A DNA stretch of 63,121 bases, filler included, from Atractiella rhizophila (taxonomy: Eukaryota): NCBI GenBank assembly GCA_021432655.1. It is 5 parts of 5 records of this genome, joined end to end, with 100 filler letters (N's around TTAATTAATTAA, not from the genome) between each part and the next. Parts side by side here need not be neighbours in the genome. Positions count along the whole stretch, not along the records: positions 1 to 30,684 come from MU271210.1; 4 more parts are not named here. One strand, given 5' to 3'. The notes under the pieces are model-generated. The model saw only the letters and a list, made by a program, of their open reading frames with translations, ran no database searches and was not told the origin of the DNA. Below, piece by piece: positions 12,935-25,514 of the stretch; position 1 is the first letter of the stretch, and every line of letters starts with the position of its first letter. The position numbers and the translations under genes are program-made.

Positions 12935-14762
12935 TCAAGCATCCCATTCGTTGCTTTCCAACTCTCCACCTTCCCTCCATCTCCAAACTTCATACTTATG
13001 GTTTAACCCTCCATCCTCATGTACGCTCAGAACCGTCCCACAACCTCCACTCCCTACACTTTGTACTCGATATAGGAGGCATGAAATCCTTGAATGGAGA
13101 AGAGCCATCGAGCAATAGATGCACGGTTCGTGAGACGTGAAGACGGTGAGTGTGGTGAGGAGATAGGGTATTTTAGGTACGTCGGCGGTTGGTGTCGTAG
13201 CACCACTGCCATCCCCTTTTGCGCTCGTGCCAGCAAACGGCGTCGATGATCCCATCGGAGTGTTGGACTTGGATGGTGTGACCCGTAAGCCGTTACGGTC
13301 TAGAGCAGCAACGGCGTCGATGACATTGCTGAACGAGTGACAGAGCGTGTTTCCAGTTGATTTTCGGGTGTCCTTTCCAACGGCAACGATACTTGGTACG
13401 TTGTCAGGGAAGCAATGGATGCTGTCATCCCAGGGGTCCGTGACGAGACAGGCGATGGGAACCTGAACATTAACTCAGCTTCAGGAGGTGATACATGCCT
13501 AACATGAATCAACAGAACGAACCTCTCCTTCGTTTTCCGCCTCAACGGCAAGTTCCATAACACGCTTCATCATATCCCTACACCACTCGACTCTTCCCCT
13601 CTTCCAACCGAAGGTCCTATCCCTTTCTCTCTTTCTATCGAGAAAGCCCATTGGCCAAATTTTTCCCCAATCCACCCACTGTTCCTTGCTTCTAGCAGGT
13701 GCAGCTGGCACTTTTAGCTTATATACCGAATTTCCTACGAGAGGAGAAGCACTGATGGTTTCTTCCACGACAGAAAGATCTGTAGTGCACGGATGCAGGA
13801 GGATGGAAACGGTGTTGGCACTTTCGTTCTTGCGCACTCGCTTCAAGTGAGCAAATGGTGAAGCCGATTCTGATTCCCCTTCAACACTCGACGGGGCAGA
13901 AAGGGCGAAAGGGCGACTTCGGGTGAGCTTGAACGCCTCAGGTGTTAGAGGGGGCGGAATATCGATGGCCCAGAATTCCACTACGCCACCTTTAGCACAA
14001 TGAAGCGAGAAAGAGAGAAAGGTCTACCTAATGACAATGGTGGATCAACATCTGAGAATTGGGTAATCTTATGGAACGGCATAGACTCGAACAGGACCAA
14101 ATCATCATTTGTCTCTCCTGGAGCAAACACCTCATTCGACTGTTCTCGTAAGTTTGAACTGGACGCTTGGATGAGACTTTCTAAATCTCCAAAGTCGAGC
14201 AAGCCGTCGTCCTTCGGATTATCAACAGCTAGGCGCGGCGCCGGATCGTAGTTGACGTGCGCTCCGTAGAAAATACATAATTCTTCCCCTTTTTCTACAT
14301 CTTTACAAGTTGTGTATCGAATGACCTTCTTCTCTCTGAGCAGCTCATACGTGACATTAGGCGACGTGTCGTGGTTAAACAGACTCCCTTCATCACTTTT
14401 CAGCCATCTCATCACAAAACAAGAAAGAACGCACCTAGCCCAAGGGAAAGAGCCATCTCTCCCATCTTTCCCCAACTGAAGACGTAGTCTTTGAGGAGAT
14501 TGTCATCGGCCTTCATCTTTTGATAAGCGTCCTTCGAGAAGACGAGAACGGGTGCGAGCTCCACCACAGTTCCTTTCTTCAGTGCTTGACGAGCAAACAC
14601 TCCCCTGCCCTTTTTAGGGACTTCCAACACTCGCGACGCGAGGGGATTGACCCTCACGTCATCGAGCGCTCCATCGTCAGTAACGTCACCATCTTGGAGC
14701 AGTCCGTTTGCGGGCTCATCTTGAACATTGGTGGTGGTGTTGGTTGGATCGGTGGTGGACAT
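12935..14762 (-). CDS. TAD3: Fusion of an N-terminal SET domain and tRNA adenosine-34 deaminase non-catalytic subunit Tad3/ADAT3
   Basis: SET motifs: KGRGVFA, LGLGSLFNHDTSPNV, KGEELCIFYG. Tad3 motifs: AHLKRVRK, VPAAPARSKEQW..W..IWP, NTLCHSFSNVID (His without catalytic Glu), PYLLTTLTVFTSHEPCIYCSMALLHSRI, LNHKYEVWRW. The two parts join in frame across a 47-nt GT-AG intron at 13981-14027. Confidence 0.85.
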
Positions 14763-15093
14763 AGAGGTAGGGATAGAACCACTGGTGATGATGCTGATAC
14801 TACTGTTGATGCTGCTGAAACTGTCCCATTTCCTAATGTGAAAAGGTAGAAAAAAAAGGGGGAAAACGTACAGATCATTTTGAAGCTTCTGTATCATGTA
14901 AACCCTTTAAAACCAGCCTTATCGCGTTAAAATCGCCCCTCCAATAAGGAACGCAAGGACTGCTCTCGTTGAAATTCTCGCTTAGGCTTGCTGCGGAATC
15001 TGGGGCACAAACATCACCAAGCGAGCCTTGTTCCACCCACGAGCATCAGGTTCAGCTTAGGAGCAGCACAGGAACAGCAGAAACTCACTTAAA

Positions 15094-18004
15094 ATGACTA
15101 GCGACAAGCAAAAACACAAGGCGAGCAAGCTGGAACAATTCCAACTCCCGCAAGATCCAAACGCGCCGGACATAATTCGACTCGTACATAGATTCGCTGC
15201 AGTCGTGGATGCTTTCCCTTCAAATTTAATGAAGACACTGGGAGACCTTAAGGAGCTGGACGCTGTTCTTAATGGTGCGCTTTTTATTTGGTCTGGCGTG
15301 ATTTGGGTGTCCGGTGAATATTGGCAACGGAGAACTGGGGAGACACTTTTTGTCACGCAACAGGTGGAGGAGACGTGAGATCTCTTGCGGTCCCTTCTTA
15401 CTACTGCAGACATCGAGCGTCTCTGCCAGTTTGATTGAACTCGTGGACAAAAAATCGATTTTAAAGTAAAGTGATCGGTTCTGCAACATCTGCCTTCCTT
15501 CTCGAACCTTTTTACCCACGGAACAGGCGAGTTTGGAGCATATTTCCATGTACCTATGCCTAATAAACATGACACCGTCGAGTTTGGTCGATAGTTGATT
15601 TTAGAGCAATTGTCAGCTGTCTTGCGCAGCAATAATGCTCGCCTATTCACAGCCTGCCTTGATGCATTGTTGCAATATGGTGACATCAACACAATTTGTT
15701 TTGTGTCGACCTTTTATTGTGGAATGGTTAGAGCATCCTAAAACGTCTTGTGTGATTTTACACTTTGGGGCGAAGATTCCTCTTCCTACCATGCTCTAGG
15801 AATCCAAGGAGTACTCTTGTCCTGAAAACATGTTATCCAATGTTTTCGATGCAGATGGCGAGGTTCGAGATAGAGCTATCGAGTTGAACTGGCGGTACGA
15901 ACAAAATCTCTTCAACATTACCTTGTTTGGCGATTACGTAGTGGCCTAGTCATGTGCTCCTGTGGTAACCACGTCCCGGCATTCTGTCCACCTGGACTCT
16001 GCAGTCTGTCTTCACTATGTAGAGCGACAGCTAACTTGCTTGTAGTGTCCTTATCGAGTCTTACCGATAGTCTGCACGACTTTGAAGGAATCATAGACGC
16101 GTATGAAGCTGACCGTTTACTGCGGTTGAAAACGGCCGCCTCCGCTGCCTCTGCTTCAGCGACCGCACCAACATCAGTTTCACCAAAACCGGAAGTGGTA
16201 CCAGCACCAATCGCAGAACGGGAATCCGAGTTGCCTGCGATGGATGTTGACCCCATCTTGCCTACGCAACTCCATCAAGATGCGAATACTTTGCCCTCAG
16301 AGCAGTCCAACCCAACAAACGTAGAATCAAAGGTTGCCGAGACTGCGACGCCACAATTGGAAAGGCTCAAAAAATTGAGAGAGCTAGCGGACTTAGTGAG
16401 GAAGATCAGACCGACCGCTGACGAGCGAGGGCTTGTTGCTTTGCGTGGCGTTGAAGTGGTGCGTTTTCTTACATTTTTTAGTATTGGGTGTACATAGCGT
16501 GATGATTGTTTTTCAACTGCATAGGTTCGATCGCAAACCCACTCACTTGACGTGATCTCGACAATGCTGACGGCGCTCCTACCGCCGTCCATTTTGCCCA
16601 AGCTTCCCGCTCCATCCACTCCGCAAGGATACCCGCGGCTATTTGCGCCTTACAAGAGCTATTCGCACAACTCGACCCAACTCAAACTGCCCAGCGCCGT
16701 TGGGACGGAAGGCTTTCCTTTGAATATGGGTGAATTGAACAACGAGCTGTACAATCTCCCTCTTCCGCTCGTGCCGCAAGCTGCAGCACCTAACGGGAAA
16801 GGTGTGAACCTCAAAAACGCACCTGCGACGAGCAAAACGCCGGGTGCGAGTGGCGGTGGCGCCAAGAAACCTGCGACGGGAGCAAAGAGGACGACTAATA
16901 ATTCGAATGTCAACAATGCTACTTCTTCTCGAGGAATCAATGCGAATGGGACTGCTCAATCTCCTACCAGCTCCGCTTACGGCGCTGCGGCTGTCCCTCC
17001 TCCTTCGCGGCGAGGGGGAAGGACAACTCGCACTTCTACTGCTGACAGCAATCCGCCGTCGATTGCTCCGAAAGGGAGTAGCCAGCCCCATCGAAGTTCA
17101 AATCTGAATCCGAATTCTGAGAGGGGGGAGAGAGGAAGAGCAGCAAGCATTGGAGGTGCGAGTCCTGTCGTTGGAGGAGGGAAAGAAGAGGGTAGGAAAA
17201 GAACAAGGGGAAGAAGTCCGTTGCAGGAAAGGGAGGATGATGGATCGAATAAAAGGAAGAAGAAGAAGTATTTATTTTCTCCTCCATTCGCTATGGCTGA
17301 ATGAGCTTCTAAGTGGGGGCACTAGTTCGTCAGCCTCAGCTGACCCTCCAGATGTGCCGTCAACGGATTATACTCCTGCAACCACAGCGGCGCCTCAAGC
17401 GATTCCCGTATCGTATCCATTGACAAACGTTGTTCCAGTCACCCAACCTCCCCCACAATCAATCTGGAATATGGACATATCCATGCCACGAGGGCCTGAG
17501 GGCTATCCACCGCCAACTTACGACGACCCAGCTTGGGGCACTCCAGCAAATTGGCGGCCAGGGACCATTCCCGGGGGAATGTCACCCGTTGTTGGCATGG
17601 GGAGTATGTCTAACCAGACGAGCCCTACAAGTTATCCAATCCATCCGCCCCCCAGTACGCCAAAGCACACGGAAGATGAGGGAGAACGCAAGGAGTGGTG
17701 TTTTTGTGAGGGGAGAGGACACGGAGATGAGATGGTGGGGTGCGACAATGAGAAGAGCTGCGACATTGAATGGGTACGTTTAGTCCATCACCTTAACGCG
17801 TATAAACTAAGGATGCAACTGTAGTACCATCTTAGCTGTCTTGGTTTGAAAGCAGTACCACAGGGCCATTGGATTTGCCCAGAATGTATTCGCAAAGGAG
17901 TCGGAAAGAAGAGTGCGGCAGGAAACGGGAGGAGAAAGGCGCATCAAAGGAATGGGAATGGCACGAATGGGACAACCGCAGGAACCGTTGTTGCAGCAAA
18001 CTAG
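15094..18004 (+). CDS. ING-family PHD-finger chromatin protein (Pho23/Yng-like)
   Basis: N-terminal ING motif VDAFPSNLMKTLGDLKELDAVL; C-terminal PHD WCFCEGRGHGDEMVGCDNEKSCDIEWYHLSCLGLKAVPQGHWICPEC; first intron is 771 nt (15275-16045). Confidence 0.88.
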
Positions 18005-18571
18005 TGTTTGTCTCAACTCATATAAGTTAATAAAGTGCTGATGTGTGACTGCAGAATCGTCGCTTCAGTCACAATTTATTCCACTTATCACCTTCCATCA
18101 GTTGTTGTCGGGTACCGCAGTCTGCAATCTCATCTCTGTTACTTACTATTGGTTATGCGTAAAATACTGAAGTACGCCCGCAAGTTGGGTAGTCACACTA
18201 TATGCCCTGACCATGATCAGTGTGAAAGTCGGGTCACCGAGAAAATGTGATCCCTGTGCATTTAGGACGTCCTTGACACCCGCTCTAAACGAATGCTGCC
18301 TGACCACAACATCATGCTAATTGTGTTGGTTGACGAGAGAGGATGCCCAGGGACGCAACATATGAAGCAATGGTACGACAGCTTAAGAATCACTGATCAA
18401 AGATCAACATGCGTAACGTGTCCGTGCTACCTTGATTAGACGCTTATGCCGTGTCATCCGTTCTGGCACCCTATTGATAATTGTGTTCGGGACAGTTAGA
18501 TATAATTTATTAGCACTCTAGAATAATAAAATTAATTAGCCAAAGGTTCAAGACTTTATTTCAATCTACAA

Positions 18572-21273
18572 TTATCTTCTCAAGTAATACCCAGCCAATT
18601 GTCGTAGGTCTGATATCAGGGCTTCCGGATTGTCAATTCCTGCGTTATCGTTTGTTAATCATTCATAAGAGAAGCGTGTAGCATACCAGGGAAGTGTCCA
18701 CCTCGATCGTTTTCTACAGCAGAGTCTCAGAATCTGTCTTATTGGGGAATCAAGACTGCTTACCTGTGTAAAAAGTCAAGTTTCCAACTTTCGAAGCGTA
18801 CGCCTTTGGCCATCCACCGACATTATACTTATAATTTGACATGGCCATTGGGGTCGTTGGCACCTTTCCAATATCGTAGGAAGCGCGGAAACCATTTGGA
18901 TTGGCTCCGTAGATCCATTCAGCAGAAAAGAAACTTTCACTCAGATAATATAGGGATACCCAGGAGAGAATTGTATTGTTACTCCACGTTGACGGGGATA
19001 CGCCGAATTGGGGGTCCGACCAAGCGACGAGCTTCTCGCCTATCCAGGATAGTTGACCCATCGGGGAATCCTATCATTCCCCTCATGAGTTATGGAGGAA
19101 TATTGAAAGGTTTGGTGTACCTGGAGAGCGAGACCAATGGTGTTTGGCTAAAATTCTCCTCAGCATTTGATGAAATGAGAGTAAAAAGCAGGACAAACTT
19201 TCGTAGTTTGCTCCAAGAAATAAGCGTTTCCGGTCTTGCTCCACTCTTCCGCCCGAGAAAGAGCGAACTTTTCAAACTCGTCCAACGTGACATTCTCTGC
19301 CTTTGCCTGCGCCAGAGTAGGTGGATAGAAAGGGAGAAAACTGAAGAGTGAGGCTTTGACTGTGGACGAATAATCGGAGTATAAGTAATAAGCGGGATCA
19401 CACCCCCAATCCGTTCCATACGTCGTATACGTTTCATACCCCAGAACGTCAACCATTAAATTATTGAGGATTCGAGCAGTGTCCTTCGTCTGCCATGTAG
19501 GAGATGGAAGCGAAGAGAAGGCGAACCCCGGCAAAGAGGGAACGATAACGTCAAATGATACTGTAGTTGGGTCTTTAGTCAGAGTCACGGGAGGAAGACA
19601 GAACATTTATTTACCTTGGTCTCCTTGCGGATTTGAGCCCAGCTGTGTCAAAGGTTTGATGACGGGAAGAAATTCCAGAAATGACCCTGCGTGGAGTCAG
19701 GGACGAATTCAAGATGGGTAGGGCGAAAGGAACTTGCCTGGCCATCCATGCAAAAGGATGACAGGGATCGAGTTTGCATGCTTCGACCTTTCGTGAACGA
19801 AGTGGATAGTTACATTTTCGATCGTAGCAGTAAATTGGCGGTATCTGCACATCCCAGGGTCGGTGAAGGGGATGGCACAGGATTGAGATTGACGAACGAA
19901 TTAATCTCCTTCTCTTGCTCTTTCCAGTTGAAGTTAGAGAGCCACTCTTGTTTAAGCGCAGAGAGCCACGCAGTTGGCGCGCCAAATTCCCACCCTGAGC
20001 CAAGGAAGCCGGATTTGGGAAGCCTATAATTCTCAAAGAAACTTTCACTCAGATAATATAGGGATACCCAGGAGAGAATTGTATTGTTACTCCACGTTGA
20101 CGGGGATACGCCGAATTGGGGGTCCGACCAGGCGACGAGCTTCTCGCCTATCCAGGATAGTTGACCCATTGGGGAATCCTATCATCACCCTCATGAGTTA
20201 TGGAGGAATATTGAAAGGCTTGGTGTACCTGGAGAGCGAGACCAATGGTGTTTGGCTAAAATACTCCTCAGTATTTGATGAAATGAGAGTAAAAAGCGTA
20301 ACAAACTTTCGTAGTTTGCTCCAAGAAATAAGCGTTTCCAGTCTTGCTCCATTCTTCCGCCCGAGAAAGAGCGAACTTTTCAAACTCGTCCAAAGTGACA
20401 TTCTCTGCCTCTGCCTGCGCCAGAGTAGGGGGGTAGAAAGGGAGAAAACTGAAGAGTGAGGCTTTGACTGTGGAAGAATAATCGGAGTATAAGTAATAAG
20501 CCGGATCACACCCCCAATCCGTTCCATACGTCGTATACGTTTCATACCCCAGAACGTCAACCATTAAATTATTGAGGATTCGAGCAGTGTCCTTCGTCTG
20601 CCATGTAGGAGATGGAAGCGAAGAGAAGGCGAACCCCGGCAAAGAGGGAACGATAACGTCAAATGATACTGTTGTTGGGTCTTTAGTCAGAGTCACGGGA
20701 GGAAGACAGAACATTTATTTACCTTGGTCTCCTTGCGGATTTGAGCCTAGCTGTGTCAAAGGTTTGATGACGGGAAGAAATTCCAGAAATGACCCTGCGT
20801 GGAGTCAAGGATGAATTCAAGGTGGGTGGGGCGAAAGAACTTGCCTGGCCATCCATGCAAAAGGATGACAGGGATCGAGTTTGCATGCTTCGACTTTTCG
20901 TGAACGAAGTGGACTGTTACATTTTCGATCGTAGCAGTAAATTGGCGGTATCTGCACATACCGGGGTCAATGAAGGGACCAGCATAAGATTGAGATTGAC
21001 GAACGAATTAATCTCCCTCTCTTGCTCTTTCCAGTTGAAGTCAGAGAGCCACTCTTGTTTAAGCGCAGAGAGCCACGCAGTTGGCGCGCCAAATTCCCAC
21101 CCTGAGCCAAGGAAGCCGGATTTGGGAAGCCTATAATTCTCTACCAGCGACTTCATCCTCGCTATCGACTTCTGGGGAATGTCAATCTGAAAAGGCTTGA
21201 CATTGGCATTCTGTGAGCCAGTCGCAAGAGCCAAAGCGCTGGCGCCGAAAGTGAAAGGGAGGAAAGCTCTCAT
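18572..21273 (-). CDS. Secreted microsomal-type epoxide hydrolase-like protein with internal in-frame duplication
   Basis: Signal-like MRAFLPFTFGASALALA; EHN domain (VKPFQIDIP, FNWKEQEREINS); HFVHEKS, LLHGWPGSFLEF, VIVPSLPGFAFS, nucleophile GTDWG, C-terminal GGHFPGLDNP. Confidence 0.88.
18927..21141. repeat. Tandem direct duplication of about 1.1 kb (18927-20034 and 20035-21141)
   Basis: Near-identical sequence at offset 1107-1108. The paired ORFs 19160-19606 and 20268-20714 differ by only a few residues. Scattered substitutions lie mostly in introns and third codon positions. Confidence 0.97.
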
Positions 21274-21978
21274 TGTTAGGTAAACGTAGGAAACTGGGCT
21301 GATAGACTTGACGCTCTGCAGGAAGCCTCCTTCCGCTTTTAAAATCTTTCCCACCCCTGTACACACGATGCATGAACACTACCGGACAGCGGGCGAGAAG
21401 GAGTCCGTTTCCACGCATAACAAGTGTTTCTCAAAGTAGTCCCGATGCGGTGACCGCATCCCGGTGAGGTTCTCGTTGGATGTGTAAAACGTTCCGTAGC
21501 TCTCAGAGACGTACGAGATGAGAATAAAGCGAGGCGAAGTACTGGCATGTATCATCATCCTATGACACCATGATGGTGGAATTAGTCATCTTGAAGGCCA
21601 AAGACTAAGGCCATTACTTCAGCTGCGCTGCCGCGGTCGTGTCGTGCAGCCAGACGAGGAAACGGACTCTAACGTGAGGAGGGGTTGTCACTTCGTCCTC
21701 CCTGCTTAGTATTAGCGGCTGACTGTTGGCGGGCAAAGCGGTATGTAGGCTAAGTTTGAAGTTGGATGGATAATGCTTAGCTGACATGAGCTGGAGTCGG
21801 CTGGAGCACTCGTCATCACTGCTTGGTTTGATTTCTAAGTTCTCTTACGATTCTTGCACGTAACGTCAAGTCTTCATTCTAGCTTGGTGAAATCCATTTT
21901 TAATATTAATCCCCCAAAGTATTAGACTGATAGTGGCATTGATGGACAAACGCTCGAAATCCCAAACCAACCGTCAAA

Positions 21979-24133
21979 TCAGCATTTCCTCCAAACTCCC
22001 CTTCTCTGCTCCTCCGCTCTGTACTCCATCATGAGCTGAGCCGCGGAGAATAATGCTATGAACATCGCAATCAGAAACCTCACACCTTCACAATATATTG
22101 TCAGCCCTATGCAAGGTTTTGTGAGGAGAACGCACCCTCGACCGAGAAGATTTTGTAATAAAGGTATCCCACACCATCCACCCCCATCACGAAACCGATC
22201 ATATTGGCGGTCATCATCATCACAATGTTACCAACGGCCCCCAGCGCTGCCAGGTGACGATACCACCATTCTTCCCCATACTAGGTGGTTGTCAAATTTT
22301 CTCCACAATTTTGAGGAACAGCAGTACCTTTTTCTCTGGCAACAGACGCTTCGCTAAAAGCTCTGGCGCAATAAATAGTGTTACTACCCATCCCCAAGAG
22401 AGGAGAGTAAGTGAGAGGTCGTGCCACATCGCCACAAACGTGAACACTGTCAGTGTTGACAAAAGTGGTCGCTGTTTTCCTCCGAGAGCAACATATAAGT
22501 ACCTATGATAGTCTCAGAAGGGAAGAAGAGCTATGCGTGCGAATAGGGACGAACCGAATTAACCACTGATTGTAACTTCTGTGCCAACTACGCCAGAAAC
22601 CGAGAGTCGAATAATTATTGGCCATGCAACGTATCATATTTTCTGGTGGCTCGACACCATCCACCAAAGCCCAGAGACGGAAGAATCGCCAGGGGATGAG
22701 GAGCTACAAGTGACTATCAGAGACGGCTCTCAGATATCATGAGAAAAAAGAGCACTTTGAGCCAAACAATAATGAGGTTCCAGAACCCAATCATCGCTAA
22801 CTCAGCAGCTGTGTCCCCATTCCATGCTCGCGTCTTCCGTAGACTGTCCACACTGTCTTTAATCGCTACGACATACATGTAGTGTAGGATGACTTCCATC
22901 GTGAGAAAGGTGACGACGAAGCGTGACAGATAGGACAGCAGAGCGCGATTAGGGATGTGAGACGGAGATTTGAGCTGCCTGCCAGTCAGACTGCGAGGTT
23001 CCCACAAACGAAAAGAGTGACTGACTTGATACACGAAGTTGTTGAAGGTCATTATTGGACCAGCGATATAGAGAGGCGTGTATATAGTATATGCGAGATA
23101 GTTCGTAAAGCTGTACTCCTCCAAATCATGACTGTATTGCACGCGTTCCCTTTCTGAGAGACCGGAAGGCACCTGCTTTACCTGTAGCCGTTCAGCTCCC
23201 GTAAGTGGAAGAAAGAGGCGATACCAACATTAGCACGGCTGACACGCTCTCTGACTGCCCAGCAATAATCGAGATTGAAGGAAATCAGCCGCAGCATCGT
23301 GATATTGAAGTTGATGTGCCAACGCGGAAGTAGTCCTCTTATTGCACGGTTGGTATCCTATTCTGCAGCGTCACCTTTCAGTTTGCTGCTTAAAATAGCA
23401 AAGAAGGAACAGACCAAGAAATCGAGTGACGATAACAAGCTACCATACTTGTATCCATCAAAGTGCACGTTCATAAAGAGGAGAGCGATGTTGAACACCC
23501 ATGTCACGACAGGTGTGGAACGGCTCCCACCAAGGCGCTTTCCGATGAGGTAATTGAGGTACAGAATGAGTAGAAGCTTTGGAACATGGATCCCATGGAG
23601 GACGCAAAGAATGAGTAAAGAGGCGACCACAATAAATGAACGCCGGTTTATACGGGAGAAGAAACGTGACGCCGTGAGGTATAGAATCGAGAGAAGGGCA
23701 AGTGCTGGTATTGAATTACGAAATAGACGATATTGTACGTCTGAGTTGTCCTACACTCGAAAAGTCGTGAGCGGGTCAGCGCGATGGAAACGTCTGGAAC
23801 ACGTACCACTTTGCGACCAAGGATCCAGCCTCCTTTGAGGCGTCTTTGGTACAACGGGTAGTTCTCATGCGACTCTGAGACCGTCATTTTACCCAAAATT
23901 TCATAATATACCAGACGCAACGCACCTTGAGAGAGCCCAACAGCAATGCTGGCCATATTCCATACTGCCACTACCACAACTACTGAGTAAACCCAAAACT
24001 CCACAGTATTCCACCGTGGCTTCGACCTTTGCTTGTTGTGTGTGTACTGCCCATCAACCTCTACGGTAAAATCGGTTATTGAGCTACTTGCAGGCCTTCT
24101 GAGAGAAATAATGGATGGCATTGGCAGGGACAT
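21979..24133 (-). CDS. GUP1: MBOAT O-acyltransferase Gup1/HHAT-like
   Basis: [123 protein letters not shown]. Confidence 0.94.
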
Positions 24134-24232
24134 GGACGATTTTTTGCCTCGAAGGCTCGAATTTCAAACCTTGTTTACACCTTCAACTTGCGCGTCTGCA
24201 TTCAAAGCAACTTGAACGACGAGGCAACGACC

Positions 24233-25122
24233 ATGAACGCTACAGAAGTACCTGTTGGACACCAATTCGACCCTTATTCTGTGAGTTTGTGGTTGCTCGA
24301 ATTCATGATGTTTTGACACGATTGGAAGAACAATGGAGGAACAATCCTCGCGATTTCGTCCAAGGATTTCTGTGTCATTGCTTCTGATACTCGACAGTCT
24401 GAGGGGTACTCGATCCAGACGCGCTATGCCCCTAAATGTCACAAACTCACCGATAAGGTCGTTATGGCCGTTAACGGGTTCGCAGCGGATGGAAACATGC
24501 TTGTGAGGACGGTCAAGCAAAGGCTTGAGGTCAGTATCTTCCTTCGCTTCGTCTTGGACTTCTGAGTAAAGTCGAAGATAGTGGTACCAACACACACACA
24601 ACTCTCTCCCTTCGCTAGCGTCGATAGCTAGGATGGTACAAACTATACTTTATGGCAAACGCTTCTTCCCTTACTATTCCTATGTCATTCGTTAGCCTTT
24701 CCTCTTTCAATATGCCGCTCTGAATTCCCTTCGTCAGTTGGAGGTATCGATCGAGATGGAACCGGGGGAGTTTATTCCTTCGATCCAGTCGGCTCCTACG
24801 AGCGAGAATCATGTCGATCAGCAGGAGCAGCCCAATCCCTCATCCAGCCCTTCCTTGATGCACTTGTGCGCTTTCCCTCTTGTGAACTGTCCCGTAATCT
24901 GACGCGACATGAAAGGTGATGGGAAAGAACCAATCCGATCCTTCCCTCGTGGTGAAGAATGGTGAACGCGCCAACCTGCCACTTGAGAGAGTGCTCGCCA
25001 TCGTCACTGACGCGTTCACTGGTGCGACCGAGAGACATATTGAGGTTGGTGATGGCTTAGAGATTTACGTTGTTAAAACGGATGGAGTTGAAGTGATTAG
25101 GAAGGAGCTGAAGAGAGATTAG
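24233..25122 (+). CDS. PRE7: 20S proteasome subunit beta-6 (Pre7/PSMB1)
   Basis: HQFDPY..NGGTILAI, ASDTRQSEGYSIQTRYAPK, LYGKRFFPYY, GVYSFDPVGSYERESCRSAGAAQSLIQPFLD, DAFTGATERHIEVGDGLEI, ELKRD*. Confidence 0.97.
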
Positions 25123-25514
25123 TTCTGTGCAAGGCAAGGCTTTTAAATCCTCAAAGTACGCTAATTGTTCCACTTGGATTGCACAAAACTCCTGAGATAC
25201 CATCAAGCATTGTTATCTCGTGCCATCCGCCTTCCAAAGCAACATCGTGGTGCTGGTCCTTCTTTTCTACCATTTTGTGCAAGCAGAACAAGTCAATATA
25301 GGAACTAGTTACATGGGATTCCGGGGTTCAGTCTACCTTGTGTGATGTAAATGTGCTATTAAGGTGTTACAGTCATTATACTGATTTTGCGAGGAAAAGA
25401 CAAATATACAGCATGAGGACAACGAATGGAGACGACCAATGGGGAGGAACACAAATATTGAGCGATGGAAGCGACTGAATGTTCGTTCGCGAACCGTACA
25501 CAAAAAGGATGTGA

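Noticed and set aside
15370..15600. In-frame TGA codons read as selenocysteine or as RNA-edited stops
   Set aside because: No redox motif or SECIS seen. Every stop codon can trivially be explained by C->T, and decay inside an intron is the simpler explanation.
15057..15692. 211-aa antisense ORF over ING exon 1 and intron
   Set aside because: Non-ATG start in the track, no recognisable motif, and it overlaps a confident gene on the other strand.
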